Shown one piece after another: positions 42,387 to 53,219 of a DNA stretch of 64,000 bases. The translations under genes and the position numbers were made by a program. Positions within the stretch are counted from its first letter, which is position 1. Each line of letters starts with the position of its first letter. The DNA comes from Epithemia pelagica (taxonomy: Eukaryota > Protista > Bacillariophyta). The DNA lies in the NCBI GenBank assembly GCA_946965045.2, contig OX337241.1, positions 1,302,001 through 1,366,000 on the forward strand, written 5' to 3'. The notes under the pieces were generated by a model. That model had not been told where the DNA came from, did no database searches, and worked only from the letters and a program-made list of their open reading frames with translations.

Positions 42387-44519
42387 TCATTGTCCTCGGA
42401 GAAGCTGCGCCATGCCACACTGGGTTGAGCACAGATGAGTAACATCCAGAGTTGTTGTAGCACTGCTTGTCTCATCATAGATCCGTAGTTCCTCTTCATG
42501 GTCGAGATAAATGTCTCGTGCGAACCACTGCATTCGTTCAAACGTGTGGAAATATAAGGCCCCCATCAAAGGAGGCAACTCGACGCGACTCCTTCCAAAG
42601 GCGGATACCAGTAAGGTACTCATGAAATGCACCACGAGCCAGTTAAGACTGAGCAAGGCCACGTGATAAACCAAAACGGTCGTAAAGAGAAATAGTGCGA
42701 CGGCAAAGACAATTGATCCCACAAGTAACTGCGTGGAATCGTACTCCATCGAGTCTGTACGATGATTACGCAGCACATTGCGTTTTTGACCCCGAAACAA
42801 TCGTCCCGTGGCAACCAATACATGGCATTCCATTCGAAACAAGGCACCAAGAAGTTCCGCCATGACTTGCAGATGACATGTTGCTAACAGCCAAAGGTCG
42901 TGGCAACATGCTAGCCAACCCTCAATCCCCCCAACTGCGGTGGGAAGAAAAGCCAAGATTGTCCACATAATATGTCGTAAGGAGTTTGTTGTGTCCACTA
43001 TTGGCGACAATAAAACTTCCAAAGTCTTTTCCCACACGCCTTCCATGGAATCAAGAAACCTAGTGAGGACAGAAGTTAGTGCATGGGCGAGGTCTGAATT
43101 GACTTTGATGCCGATAGGATTCCGTTCCAGCCAGACCAGTAAGGATCCCTTGCACCAGTAAAACTGCCAGTGAATGGCATGCTGTAGCCAGATAGGGTCA
43201 AAGACCATCCAAACTGAAAAACTCACCAGCAAACCCAATAATATATTCCAAATGGCATGTAACGTCGCCCCCGTGTGAGCTACATCTTGTTGAATCTTTT
43301 CATCCTTCAGTAAGAAAGGTGCTTCGACTCGTTTAGATGACAAAAGAGCCCAAAATGGCCAAGTTGTAGTATCTTCCCTCAGCCGAACAATGATACGAAA
43401 AACAAGAGACCATTCAAAGATGAAATCGCGCCAATGAACCGGAGCCTGCATCTTTTCTTCCAGAGAGTCACCCTGTAGTTTCTCTGTGACAGACGACTGT
43501 GATTTCTCTGAGTTAACCAACAATGTTGACACGGGAATCCCAGATGCACGGGAAGAAGTGCCGTGTTTTAGCAATTCTGGATACAGTTGTGGAGCATTGT
43601 GGATTCGAACAAGCCACGAGGAAGCATGTCCCCTAGGTTCATGAGATGATGCGGGTTTGGACTGAGATGACCCAGGTATACATGAGAATGACGGCAACCA
43701 CTGAGAAGTCATGACATTGTGATAGCAGTGTGACAAGGCATCGTTATAAAACACGATTTGTGCCGATTGAGTGATAGCGGGCAGTTGTGCGCCGTTTTTG
43801 ACTGAACTAAGCGTCCCATGTGTCGTAGTTTGAAACCAAGGGAAAGATTGGGTAGTGGTTCCGTCTTTTGAAGAAGAAGTCTTGCGAACAAAGATTCGAT
43901 CAGACTGTTCCTGCTGAAACTTGTTGTCGTTCTCCAAGGAACTTTCTGAGGGTGCAAATACACCCACGATACCCAACCCCGAAGCACAAATGTGATGTTG
44001 CCTCAAGACGCTTGACAACATACTATTATTCTCTTTCCGGAGGGATCCATCCGGATTCCTCGTTAGCTTGGTGACAAAGTCGTCTGAGGATAGTCGTAGT
44101 TTGTACAAAAGAGCATCTATGCGTTTTTGCATTTCATCTCTCGTCATGCCATGCTCCTGTGGTGGATTCGACGTTGTAGACGAGGAATTCTTGTCCCCGC
44201 AGTCTGATGCGCGTTCATCCACATTCCTACTTTGGTGCTGGATTGTGGACTCTGGACCGGCCACGCAGCCAAGCACAACGGTCGTTCGGACAGCACCATT
44301 GTTCACATCAATTTCACGAGAAGCCTCGGGAGTACTGTCTTGGTCTACCCATCCGACAACCCATGCTTTTGAATCCCAATCTCGTTGCGATTCGGGCCAG
44401 AAGAGGATTTCAATCATCGAATGACAGCAACATGCATTGATACATGAACACACAGAACAACACGAGCCTCCATGGTGATGGACGCGCGTTTGACCAAACG
44501 TCGCTGGTAGGCGTCGCAT
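42387..44519 (-). CDS. PIGQ: GPI-GlcNAc transferase subunit PIG-Q/Gpi1
   Basis: WLERNPIGIKVNSDL and LFRGQKRNVLRNHRTDSMEYDSTQLLVGSIVFAVALFLFTT match the Gpi1 signature; multiple TM helices. The start may be the internal MIEILFWP. Confidence 0.82.
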   Translation of the reverse strand: MRRLPATFGQTRVHHHGGSCCSVCSCINACCCHSMIEILFWPESQRDWDSKAWVVGWVDQDSTPEASREIDVNNGAVRTTVVLGCVAGPESTIQHQSRNVDERASDCGDKNSSSTTSNPPQEHGMTRDEMQKRIDALLYKLRLSSDDFVTKLTRNPDGSLRKENNSMLSSVLRQHHICASGLGIVGVFAPSESSLENDNKFQQEQSDRIFVRKTSSSKDGTTTQSFPWFQTTTHGTLSSVKNGAQLPAITQSAQIVFYNDALSHCYHNVMTSQWLPSFSCIPGSSQSKPASSHEPRGHASSWLVRIHNAPQLYPELLKHGTSSRASGIPVSTLLVNSEKSQSSVTEKLQGDSLEEKMQAPVHWRDFIFEWSLVFRIIVRLREDTTTWPFWALLSSKRVEAPFLLKDEKIQQDVAHTGATLHAIWNILLGLLVSFSVWMVFDPIWLQHAIHWQFYWCKGSLLVWLERNPIGIKVNSDLAHALTSVLTRFLDSMEGVWEKTLEVLLSPIVDTTNSLRHIMWTILAFLPTAVGGIEGWLACCHDLWLLATCHLQVMAELLGALFRMECHVLVATGRLFRGQKRNVLRNHRTDSMEYDSTQLLVGSIVFAVALFLFTTVLVYHVALLSLNWLVVHFMSTLLVSAFGRSRVELPPLMGALYFHTFERMQWFARDIYLDHEEELRIYDETSSATTTLDVTHLCSTQCGMAQLLRGQ

Positions 44520-44799
44520 AAGAGTCGCTGAAGGGTTGTCCTATCACATAGAGCTATGTGATTGGGCATAGGTAGTTTGTTCCTTTGGCTCGACAAAACC
44601 AAAATGAACGCCATCCTAAAAAGCTCTCTCAAACCGTTCCTGTTGACCATGATACATAACGATGAATATGGTTACCACATATCGCTTAACTTCATAGTCG
44701 TTCTTGGATCATATCCTACTTAAGATCCTCTAGTAGAGCTTCGAGGGTCAACTTCTAAGTTTTCGAGCATGCGTCTTATGACACGACTCCGTTTCTAGA

Positions 44800-45845
44800 T
44801 TAGTAACAGAAATCGCAACACGATGGTTGGCACAAAACTTTGGAGCAATCGATATCCAAGATGAATTCTGCATCGTCCCTCTCAGTGTGTTTGCAAATAG
44901 AAGTCGGCAACTCACCCGAAAAGCTGCAGTCACTCAGTCTCAGTGTGTTTACTAAGTTGAAAGGGAAAAAAGAGCATAATGAGTACAAGGTGAACGAAGA
45001 GTCAGTATGTTCATTTCGTGCAGTGACTTACGTAAAGACATGTCACCCAAGAAAGCTGGAATCTCTCCAGTAAGACCAATGTTTACCTCTACATCAAACA
45101 GTTTAAGTTCTTGGAGAAGCATCAATTCATCAGGAAGCTTGCCAACTAGTCCACCATTATCAATGTTCAATTGTTCAATGTTCCTTTGAGCGTTACATGA
45201 CAAACCAGCCCAGGTGCATTCATTTCGTCCATCCAACCAGTCGAATCTTGAAGCCCAGGAAGACCCTCCCCCAGTACTGAAATAGAAACAAGCAATGGCA
45301 TAAATCTGTTGCAGCCCGCTGGTGGAACGCTCATCATAGACATCTTCGTAAAGGACCAGGTACTCAAGAGCCTTGGATTGATAGGAATTGGGGTCATTAA
45401 ACTCTTCGCCAGCACGGAGTGCAATGTCGGAGCGGACGCGTGCCTCAATTGGATACATTGGCGGAGTAGGATCTGATGCGTGCGTTGACGCAGCACTCGT
45501 ATTCTGAACGCCATCAGTGTGATGGGTCGCCACTTGCTGTGCATCTTTCCAAAGTTGGGGGAACACAAAGAAGCACACAAGAAATGTAGCCAACATGACC
45601 GATAGGATTAAAACCAAGGCACCTGTTGTCAGGTCAGAGGATGATGTACGTTTCCGGCTCTTTCGTGGGTTAACAGTTGCTTTTACTTCGTCCGGTGATG
45701 GAAGTTGGTCATGAAGCATGATTTCTTCCACTTCGTCTTCGTCACTATCAACGTTGGTGCTGTCGTCAAAGAAGAGCTCATTGTCCCCACCCTCTTCACT
45801 GTCTTCCTCGTCCTCTTCCCTTATAGTATCTGTATAAGACGACAT
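44800..45845 (-). CDS. Single-pass membrane LRR (L-domain-like) protein, 2 exons
   Basis: Acidic N-terminus and TM helix, then SYQSKALEYL..YAIACFYFSTGG...W..ECTWAGLSC LRR cap, LxGxLP/LTGEIP repeats and Cys-rich end. GT-AG intron at 44952-45031 joins to ORF 44800-44988. Confidence 0.8.
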
Positions 45846-46989
45846 TGTAATTTGTAATGCTTTTTGTTGTTTGAAAGACCTTTTGACCTCGGTCCCCTCA
45901 GGTGAATGAAAGAAGAGCAAAAGGAGAAGAGGCGAATACTTGTGGTGTGTGGTTGGTCCTTAGGTCTCGCTTAATAGAGTTTTGGTTGGGAGTTGGGACA
46001 CCCCCAGTCACATTCATATGATGACCGTATAACAGCGACCGAAATGATGGATGATAGAGAGTAGGCAAGGCTGAGGTAACTATCTAACTCCATACCAGAC
46101 TGTGTAGGTAGTTCGTCTCACATTTTTATACTACAGTAGGAATTTTTTGTACGACCGGGAAGTAGTTTCGTGCGAGTCGCGCGGTTTCCCTCTCGTGTGT
46201 GACACTTGTGTGACACTTTGTGACATGGCTTCCAGGAATTTCTCACTACCTACACAGCTTGATAGGGAGTAAGTTTACTACTTCCCTGTGTCTGGCCGTC
46301 CTCTCGCGTCGGGCGCGCCCGGCTTGTCGGGAGAATGACTCGACGGGCAATTGTCTTGTCGGGCGTGCGCCCTCCTCGATCATTGCCCTCCTCGTCATTC
46401 TACCCTCCGCGCCGGGCGGTCCCTCCTTGAAAGGACTCAACACCGGGAAGTATTAATACTACTATCTCCCTATCTGGTTTATCTGCTTCCAAGTAGGAGG
46501 GTACCTTGGATCGGCAACCCGCAGACAGAACCAGTTTAACGCCATTCGTAAGGAACGCGTTTTAAGCACTAGCGAGCAACTAATTTACTACTCGCATAAA
46601 ATTTATGGGATTAGTGGTTATGCTCGCTTATACTGCTCGCGCCTTAACCGTGTTTGAAAACAGATCGTTTTAACTCTCCGCCAGCATCATTTTTGTTGCT
46701 TTCATCGCGCTGTAGTATCCAATGCATTGACTGATCTCATTGCACTCTGTCATTGGGATCATTGAATTGTCAAACCAAACCATAACGCAACCATGGATGA
46801 CCCGGGTATGATGGAAGGTGTGTTTGTACGGAACGATTATACCAAAAGTTGTTATCGCACCCATTCACGATGCGCAAATGATCCTCACCTCATTTTTGTT
46901 TTGTCTTTTAGCATTCAGCGAATCTGTCGACATTGCAGAAGCCCACCTCCCCGACAACAACTGTTCATCAAGTGGAGTGTTTGTGCCCT

Positions 46990-47778
46990 TTACCCTGCAG
47001 GGGCCCTTTCAATTGTCGATGGGATGTCTTGGTTTTCAGCATTGTCGTCATCTTGGGGAGAAGGCAAATCAGGTTCATTGGAATCGTGCGAAAGTGGGGT
47101 TTCACTTTCCCGAGTATTGCCACGGGTCGAAGACGTCGAAAGCTGCTGTGTATTGTTTGTCTGCGTGACTTGGTTCAAAGTTGGCTGTGTATTGTTGGTC
47201 TGGGTCAAGGTGGTGGAAGTTTGTTGTGTATTATTGGCGGTTGGAGACAATTGGTTACGACGAGAATCCGGAGCGGCGTTGTTGTTGTTGGTCGTAGAGT
47301 TATTTCCCGTCGAATCCTGACGACGTTTCCAATCGTCGTAGGCAGAGATGTAGTCTTTGAGGAGATCCTTGAAATACTGGGTCGACGGGTAATGACGGCA
47401 TACCCAAGCTGGATCAAGATTTGGGTGGTCAGCTTGGTTCCAAAATACAACATAAACGTTTCCATTCTTGTTCGTTGGACAGGCTTGGATCTGTCCCTGA
47501 AGCAACAACGGCGCGCTCACTGTTCGACCAGGAAATGTGGCAGTGAACCGGTTGAGAAAATTCCGATCGAGCCAGAATGAATGTGGAGCGATCAACTTTC
47601 TTCTTGCGTAGGAGAACCGATTGCGTTGTTGTGGCTGTCGTCGCGTAGGAACAGAAACTGGTCTGGAGGATGCTTGACTTGATTCGTTGGCTTCTTGAGA
47701 TGAATCGAGTAACGACTGAGAGTACGCACTCTGTGACGTTTGGGTCTCTCCGGCCGAATTGGTCGAGGTTGACAACAT
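46990..47778 (-). CDS. Unknown ORF (262 aa), probably transposon-associated
   Basis: ATG-started. Globular-looking middle (HSFWLDRNF...NVYVVFWN...WVCRHYP) between S/Q- and N/T-rich disordered flanks. No recognisable family. Confidence 0.45.
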   Translation of the reverse strand: MLSTSTNSAGETQTSQSAYSQSLLDSSQEANESSQASSRPVSVPTRRQPQQRNRFSYARRKLIAPHSFWLDRNFLNRFTATFPGRTVSAPLLLQGQIQACPTNKNGNVYVVFWNQADHPNLDPAWVCRHYPSTQYFKDLLKDYISAYDDWKRRQDSTGNNSTTNNNNAAPDSRRNQLSPTANNTQQTSTTLTQTNNTQPTLNQVTQTNNTQQLSTSSTRGNTRESETPLSHDSNEPDLPSPQDDDNAENQDIPSTIERAPAG

Positions 47779-48105
47779 ATCCTTCCGTACACCACTTCTT
47801 GATGTTATTATGGACTTGAATGGAGATTGCCGACACTCGAAACGACTTTTAGAATGTAGGAGTTATGGTCAAAGTCGGACCTCTATCGTCAAGGAAGAAA
47901 AATGAGGGAAAGTAGCGATTTTTTGAACGAGGAAACGACCATCACAACTTGAGAATTAGTGTAGGGTGTCATATACCAAAACGCTCCAAATGACGAGATC
48001 TATCAGAATGACGGGTCAAAAAAGAGATGACGTGGATATTGACGACGTAGGGTGGAAAGGAAATTAAGCGAGTAGTGTATTTACTACTCAAAATTATGCG
48101 AGTAG

Positions 48106-48819
48106 TGTATTTACTGCCCGATTACGAATGGCGTTAAAGAGAAAGGAATATTTGCTCCACGTGATAAGTGGACTGCTTGGCTCCAATTCACTGATGACCC
48201 TACTGCTGATCGGACTTTCATGATATTAATCACAATCTGCATGAGCTCTAGCACGTCCGATTCCCAACTGAGCTCTATAATCCCACGCTTGTTTGCCTGT
48301 GGCCTCACTTCGGCAAATGCAGTAATCGACATTGCCCAACAATTTGGCATGAATGCTTTTTGTAGCCTTCTTTCGGAATCAGGACTGTATTACAACAACA
48401 CAGAGCGGATTGTCAACGCTGCAGATTATTTTTGTCAGTACCACGGTGGTAAAATACCTGAAGACATAACAATCTATGAGCTTACAAAACTACAAGGAAT
48501 TGGATATAAAACTGCATGCATCGTCATCGAAGAAGCATTTCACCGAGTCGATGGCATACCTGCGGATATTCACGTGATCCGGTGGGCCGATCATCTCTCT
48601 TGGACTCCCAACGGCATTGTTGGTATTGCCTGTTCCAAAGTGTTGGAATCATGGTTGCCCCAAGACAAGTGGTACGCAATAAACCCCCTATTTGGTGCAT
48701 TCGGTCAACATTGCAGTACCATAGACTCAAAATCAAAAATTGTAGCAGCATTGACAAAGACAGACCGAGTCAGCAACCCTGTCAGAAAGAAGTTAATGAC
48801 AATGATTCACAAATATTAA
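48106..48819 (+). CDS. Nth/endonuclease III-like HhH-GPD DNA glycosylase lacking the 4Fe-4S motif
   Basis: FMILITICMSSSTSD, HhH LQGIGYKTA (Lys), GIPADIHV (Asp) and W..IN..FGAFGQHC motifs. The frame is open from 48106 (first ATG 48220). A possible upstream exon 47990-48046 would need a 59-nt GT-AG intron. Confidence 0.8.
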   Translation, partial: CIYCPITNGVKEKGIFAPRDKWTAWLQFTDDPTADRTFMILITICMSSSTSDSQLSSIIPRLFACGLTSANAVIDIAQQFGMNAFCSLLSESGLYYNNTERIVNAADYFCQYHGGKIPEDITIYELTKLQGIGYKTACIVIEEAFHRVDGIPADIHVIRWADHLSWTPNGIVGIACSKVLESWLPQDKWYAINPLFGAFGQHCSTIDSKSKIVAALTKTDRVSNPVRKKLMTMIHKY

Positions 48820-48966
48820 TCGCTCTCCTAGTTTGTTACCTAATTTCATCTTTGTCATCACTCATTACTCTTCATTCATTCATTCTTTGCTTGCATACTA
48901 CTCATCACTATTCATCATTCTCCTCGTCGTTCTCATCGTTGTTCTCCTCGTCATTCTCGTTCTCCT

Positions 48967-51900
48967 TCATCTCGTCTTCATCTTCGTACTCGTCATCATC
49001 CTCATTCGCATCACTATCCACGAATGTATCGTCATTGTCCATACTATCCACTTGCTCACTAACCTCATCCTCGCCCTGGTCTTCTTCTTTGTCGTCCTTC
49101 TTTCCCCTGATGCTCTTCTTCCTGCTTTGTGCCCTTGCCACACCAGCCATAGTATCGATAGTTTGTTGCTTCGATGCCGCATCCTTCTTATTCCGGGGAG
49201 AGAAGCGTACTGGTTCCGTTGGTTTTTTCGTTTTGGTGTATTGGGTTTTGGCTTCTTACCAATGGACAATTTAGATTTTTTCTTGCCACTACCACTGCTG
49301 GGATTGGGTGGGCACTTTCTCTTGCGCCTTTTACTCGAGCTCAACTTCTGATTGGTCTTTCTCTTTGTTGGTGGAGTGACAACAAGTACATCGTCGGCAT
49401 CGTCATCTTCAGCAGGAACATCACCTAGAGCCACCATGTCTTCTTCAACCACTGTATCTTTCTCATTATTCTTCCTATCACTCTCATTCAGGTCCACCAA
49501 CCCTGTTCCATCCTCGAAGTTTACCTCAAAGTCATCTTGGACGTCGACTAGTCCATCATCGTCGTCATTGTTGTCCATCCATTCATCATCTAGTAGACGG
49601 TTGATGATTTCATCACTGTCTTCGTCTGGTTCTTCTGGTGGCGGAATAGATGCATCAACCGAATTGTCATCGTAACGATCATCAATGGTGACATAGACAA
49701 TTCGGTTTGCATTGGCTGGAGTTGTGTCTTCTCCGTGTGTCGTTAGGGTATAGGGACTGACTTTCTTGTTCGCCTTTCGTCCTTTGGCGCTATTTCCAAC
49801 AGGTCCTGAGCTATTGTCTTTGTTAGTAGCAGTCGGGTCAATCTTTGCCGGTGGTTTTGTGTCCATCGAGTCATTATCCAATGGCGCATCGGGTGGTGGT
49901 TTTGTACCACCTGCACTCTTTCTACCTTGCAGGCTGTCTTCACTTGGTATTTTGGCACCTTCTACTGGATAGAACGACATTGTTACGGCGGGGTCCTTGA
50001 TTACGTCTTTAGTAATGTCTCGAGTGTTGAAGTACCTCCGTAACGAAGACGTGGAGTCCCTCATTCCTGACACAGCAAACTGGTTATCTTGTTCTTTCAA
50101 ACTCTCTTCAATAGCCGCGCTAATTGTCATGTCATCAGGATCTATTTCTCGCTTATCGTATGATTTCGTGGTACCCTTTCCTGCCTTGATGTCCTTTTCG
50201 TTACTTTCGATTTCAGCCACTAGCTGTCGTGTTATACGCTCCATTGTGCGCATTTCATTTGTCTTCCTGTCCAAATTCGACATTAGCTTGTTCTGCAGCA
50301 TCCAACTGCCAATCGAGAAAATTCGTTCTTGGAACGCATTAGTTGCCGGTTTAGCCAACCACACGATAGCGGATGGAAACACGTAGGACCAGTTACTTGA
50401 GTGTTTACGCCACCATCCCATTAAGTCAAAGAACCGACCCACTTCCAAATAGTTCCGACTGTGACAATGTCGGGCAAACATCTGCTTCTGAGCATCGTCC
50501 CATTTCGGCCATTCCTTGGTGTAAGCCTCCGTTGGATATTGTTTGATAATATCCGACCAATTGAAGTCAATTTGTGACTCGCAATGGCGGAGAAAGTCGT
50601 CATAGCACTCTGTGCATGCCTTTTTGAGTGCTTGTTGTACAACTTGCTCTTCGGCGGCCTTGGACGCTTTTCCAGTTATATTCAGTAGTGCCTGTTTTCT
50701 CAGGTCACTTGCTTGGCGCATTCTTTCAAATACATCCATAGACTTATATTTGAGAGTGGCTCTATTCGGCTCGACGACCAATTCCGACGAGGAGTCAGAT
50801 GTTTTCTTGTTTTGAGACGTCATCGCAGCTCCAATAGCCGAGACCCGATGGTTAGTGAAGCGGTCTATCATGTCGTTGATTATGATAGTGCGACCTTCCT
50901 TCACGTTGTCTTGATCATATACACCGAAATTTACAAACATGTCGGCATAAACATTTGCCAAAAGGGGATTGCATCCAACGGCTTTTAAAGCGTCCGGATC
51001 CCGATTGTACAAATAGTAGCGAAACTCTTGGATGATTCGTCTCACCAACAATCTGGGCCCAGGATAGAGATCTTTGTATGGAATGGCTCTCCGTGCCTCA
51101 TCCAAGTCGTCAATACTTTTTCTAGCGTCCCAATACTTTTGAGGTTTATTGGGTCGCAACAAACACCCAACACCACAGTCGGGACCTTCCATTCTCATTC
51201 TTTGAGCATGGTAGAAAGAAGTGTAAATTTCCAGAAGAGAGGCGGAGTTGGAACCAGGATCATCGGTCTGCAATTTCATTTCGACCATCTTTATGTTGGT
51301 TAGGATGCCTTCGTATTGCGCGAGCTGCAACCATTCGTCCTCTGAGGGATACCGCTTCTTAAAATTGGGGTCGCTTAGAGTGGCTGTCTTACAATATTCA
51401 TCCATGCAGGGCTTATCGCGAAACAAATTGTGAATTGACAGAACAAGCCCCCCAACCCGGGTGTCATTTGGCAAGGGGATCAGGACAATTTTGCCACCAA
51501 ATTTCTTGACTCCATCCTTCAATCGTTCCCACCGGTGTGGTGCCTTGCTGGAGGTCAACCAGCTCGCAAATTTCTTGAAAATACTCCATAGATCACAAAA
51601 AGAGTCGTTGGAATCTATCAAAATGCGATTTTGGTAGCGTTGTACCAAGCCAGTAGCGTGTTTTAACACGAGCTCGGCCTTGTGCATATCGCACTTGCCA
51701 GTTTTGTCGGGATTGCCAATGATATACTTACCCGCCAAAACGGCAGATGAAGTATTATCGTTGACAGCAGCACATAGGTCAGCGGTGGAAAGACCGACAC
51801 TCAGTAGAAGGGAGTCGGTCAAATTGGCCACGTCGGTGGCAGCATGCCCGTGACACTCTGCCAACCCAATTGGAATTTTATATACCACGCAATTTCTCGG

Positions 51901-53004
51901 GTCGGTAAACATGATGGTGACACCGAGAACGTCATGGTTCTTTGCTTGCCATATATCGTGACAGCAGGTCACAAATGGTACAGATTGCGCACACAGACGC
52001 TTGTATTCGTCACGGCTCTTGCGTATAAGATGGCCGACCGTGATAAAGAATTGTTTGTACGAGGAGATTCGTACTTTCGTAATCTGACGTCGGCTCATAA
52101 TCTCAGCACGGCTATCCTTGAGTGCTGTCGCGTTTTTGATGGCGTATTGTATGAGTTCGCGAAATTGTGGTTTCTCAACTGTCACTGCGGGTAAGCAACA
52201 GTCGTTCACAAAACGGTATATCAAGGTCTGCAGCTGAGACTTGGCTTCAGATTTCGTTGTATTCTGGCGGAAAGTCGACAGCGTCGATTGTTTGTCAGAA
52301 GTTTTTTTGTTGTTCTTAATTTCTTCATCCAATCCTTTGTGGTGCTTCAGAACATGTTGGTCAACGTTCGAAGGTTTGTAATGACTGCATAAGATGACGC
52401 ATTCATTCAATGGTTTTGAACCAGTGTTGAAACAGAGTGGACAGATAACGGCTGTCTTGCAAATAAGAGAGTATCGTTCTTTTGCAACTATGGGTTTTCG
52501 TTTTTCCGCGGTGTTCATGAAGGAGTCTTCTCCAATCTTCACTAAGTCCTCAAAAGCGGCAACCAGCTTGTCGAAACCATCGCGAGCGCCAGGAAGGTCT
52601 TTGAGTGTTCCTTTCTCTTGTTGTTCAACCAAAAACAACTCGAATTTCAACCAGTCAACGTGAGTCACCCATTTCCAATATGGGGAGGTGTTTCTGCCGT
52701 AGCTTATGAAGGGCGTAAACTTGCCATCGATGAGTGGGATGAGATTCTTTTCTTCTTGGTGAAACTGTTCCGTAGTCTGGGCAACTTGAGCAAAGTCAGC
52801 ATCGACTGCTTTCTTTTTCTTCTCCAAAGCCGATGGTTTCCTGACCAGTTGAGGAGACTTCTTCTTTGTTTTCGATCCAGGATTCTTCTTTTTCACCGTT
52901 TTCTTGGCAGGGGGTAGATGCTCTTCGTCAACTTGGTCCTTCTGTTCCACTATTTCGTCATGAGGACCAGGATCTGGGGCTGCTGCTTCGTCGTCGTCAG
53001 ACAT
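48967..53004 (-). CDS. hAT-superfamily transposase with BED-like zinc finger
   Basis: CPLC...QHVLKHH, HDIW (D), VNDNTSS (D), CDMH, NDTRV, and hAT dimerisation block LMGWWRKH...LAKPATNAFQERIFS (E). Likely ATG 53004; long acidic/basic tail. Confidence 0.9.
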   Translation of the reverse strand: MSDDDEAAAPDPGPHDEIVEQKDQVDEEHLPPAKKTVKKKNPGSKTKKKSPQLVRKPSALEKKKKAVDADFAQVAQTTEQFHQEEKNLIPLIDGKFTPFISYGRNTSPYWKWVTHVDWLKFELFLVEQQEKGTLKDLPGARDGFDKLVAAFEDLVKIGEDSFMNTAEKRKPIVAKERYSLICKTAVICPLCFNTGSKPLNECVILCSHYKPSNVDQHVLKHHKGLDEEIKNNKKTSDKQSTLSTFRQNTTKSEAKSQLQTLIYRFVNDCCLPAVTVEKPQFRELIQYAIKNATALKDSRAEIMSRRQITKVRISSYKQFFITVGHLIRKSRDEYKRLCAQSVPFVTCCHDIWQAKNHDVLGVTIMFTDPRNCVVYKIPIGLAECHGHAATDVANLTDSLLLSVGLSTADLCAAVNDNTSSAVLAGKYIIGNPDKTGKCDMHKAELVLKHATGLVQRYQNRILIDSNDSFCDLWSIFKKFASWLTSSKAPHRWERLKDGVKKFGGKIVLIPLPNDTRVGGLVLSIHNLFRDKPCMDEYCKTATLSDPNFKKRYPSEDEWLQLAQYEGILTNIKMVEMKLQTDDPGSNSASLLEIYTSFYHAQRMRMEGPDCGVGCLLRPNKPQKYWDARKSIDDLDEARRAIPYKDLYPGPRLLVRRIIQEFRYYLYNRDPDALKAVGCNPLLANVYADMFVNFGVYDQDNVKEGRTIIINDMIDRFTNHRVSAIGAAMTSQNKKTSDSSSELVVEPNRATLKYKSMDVFERMRQASDLRKQALLNITGKASKAAEEQVVQQALKKACTECYDDFLRHCESQIDFNWSDIIKQYPTEAYTKEWPKWDDAQKQMFARHCHSRNYLEVGRFFDLMGWWRKHSSNWSYVFPSAIVWLAKPATNAFQERIFSIGSWMLQNKLMSNLDRKTNEMRTMERITRQLVAEIESNEKDIKAGKGTTKSYDKREIDPDDMTISAAIEESLKEQDNQFAVSGMRDSTSSLRRYFNTRDITKDVIKDPAVTMSFYPVEGAKIPSEDSLQGRKSAGGTKPPPDAPLDNDSMDTKPPAKIDPTATNKDNSSGPVGNSAKGRKANKKVSPYTLTTHGEDTTPANANRIVYVTIDDRYDDNSVDASIPPPEEPDEDSDEIINRLLDDEWMDNNDDDDGLVDVQDDFEVNFEDGTGLVDLNESDRKNNEKDTVVEEDMVALGDVPAEDDDADDVLVVTPPTKRKTNQKLSSSKRRKRKCPPNPSSGSGKKKSKLSIGKKPKPNTPKRKNQRNQYASLPGIRRMRHRSNKLSILWLVWQGHKAGRRASGERRTTKKKTRARMRLVSKWIVWTMTIHSWIVMRMRMMTSTKMKTR

Positions 53005-53219
53005 TGAGTTCTTAAGCAAGCTGGAATGGGAACAATGAAGATTGGGGAGTGGACACTGTGGAAGATCAGTTGGAAACACATTCACGAGTGTGTTTTTGAG
53101 GTAGCACAAAGCAGAGGTGCAGATGATCGATGACCCTCAGGCCTCATATCTCATCTGTTATCTCATTGTTTGTATGTGATCATTTGGAATATTGGAGATG
53201 TCAATGAATGGTTGGGGAA

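Noticed and set aside
47957-47985. TAGGGTGTCATATACCAAAA as the left TIR of the hAT element
   Set aside because: It has only loose, gapped similarity to CAGAGTTGTGAAGTACCAAA, and the flanking 8-mers do not form a TSD.
48106-48819. Calling the glycosylase a DEMETER/ROS1 or MutY ortholog
   Set aside because: It is too short, has no Fe-S motif and no DME accessory domains. The motifs are closest to Nth, so 5mC activity remains only a hypothesis.
48516-49351. Plus-strand ORFs 48516-49274 and 48833-49351
   Set aside because: They are out-of-frame or antisense shadows of the glycosylase and of the acidic transposase tail.
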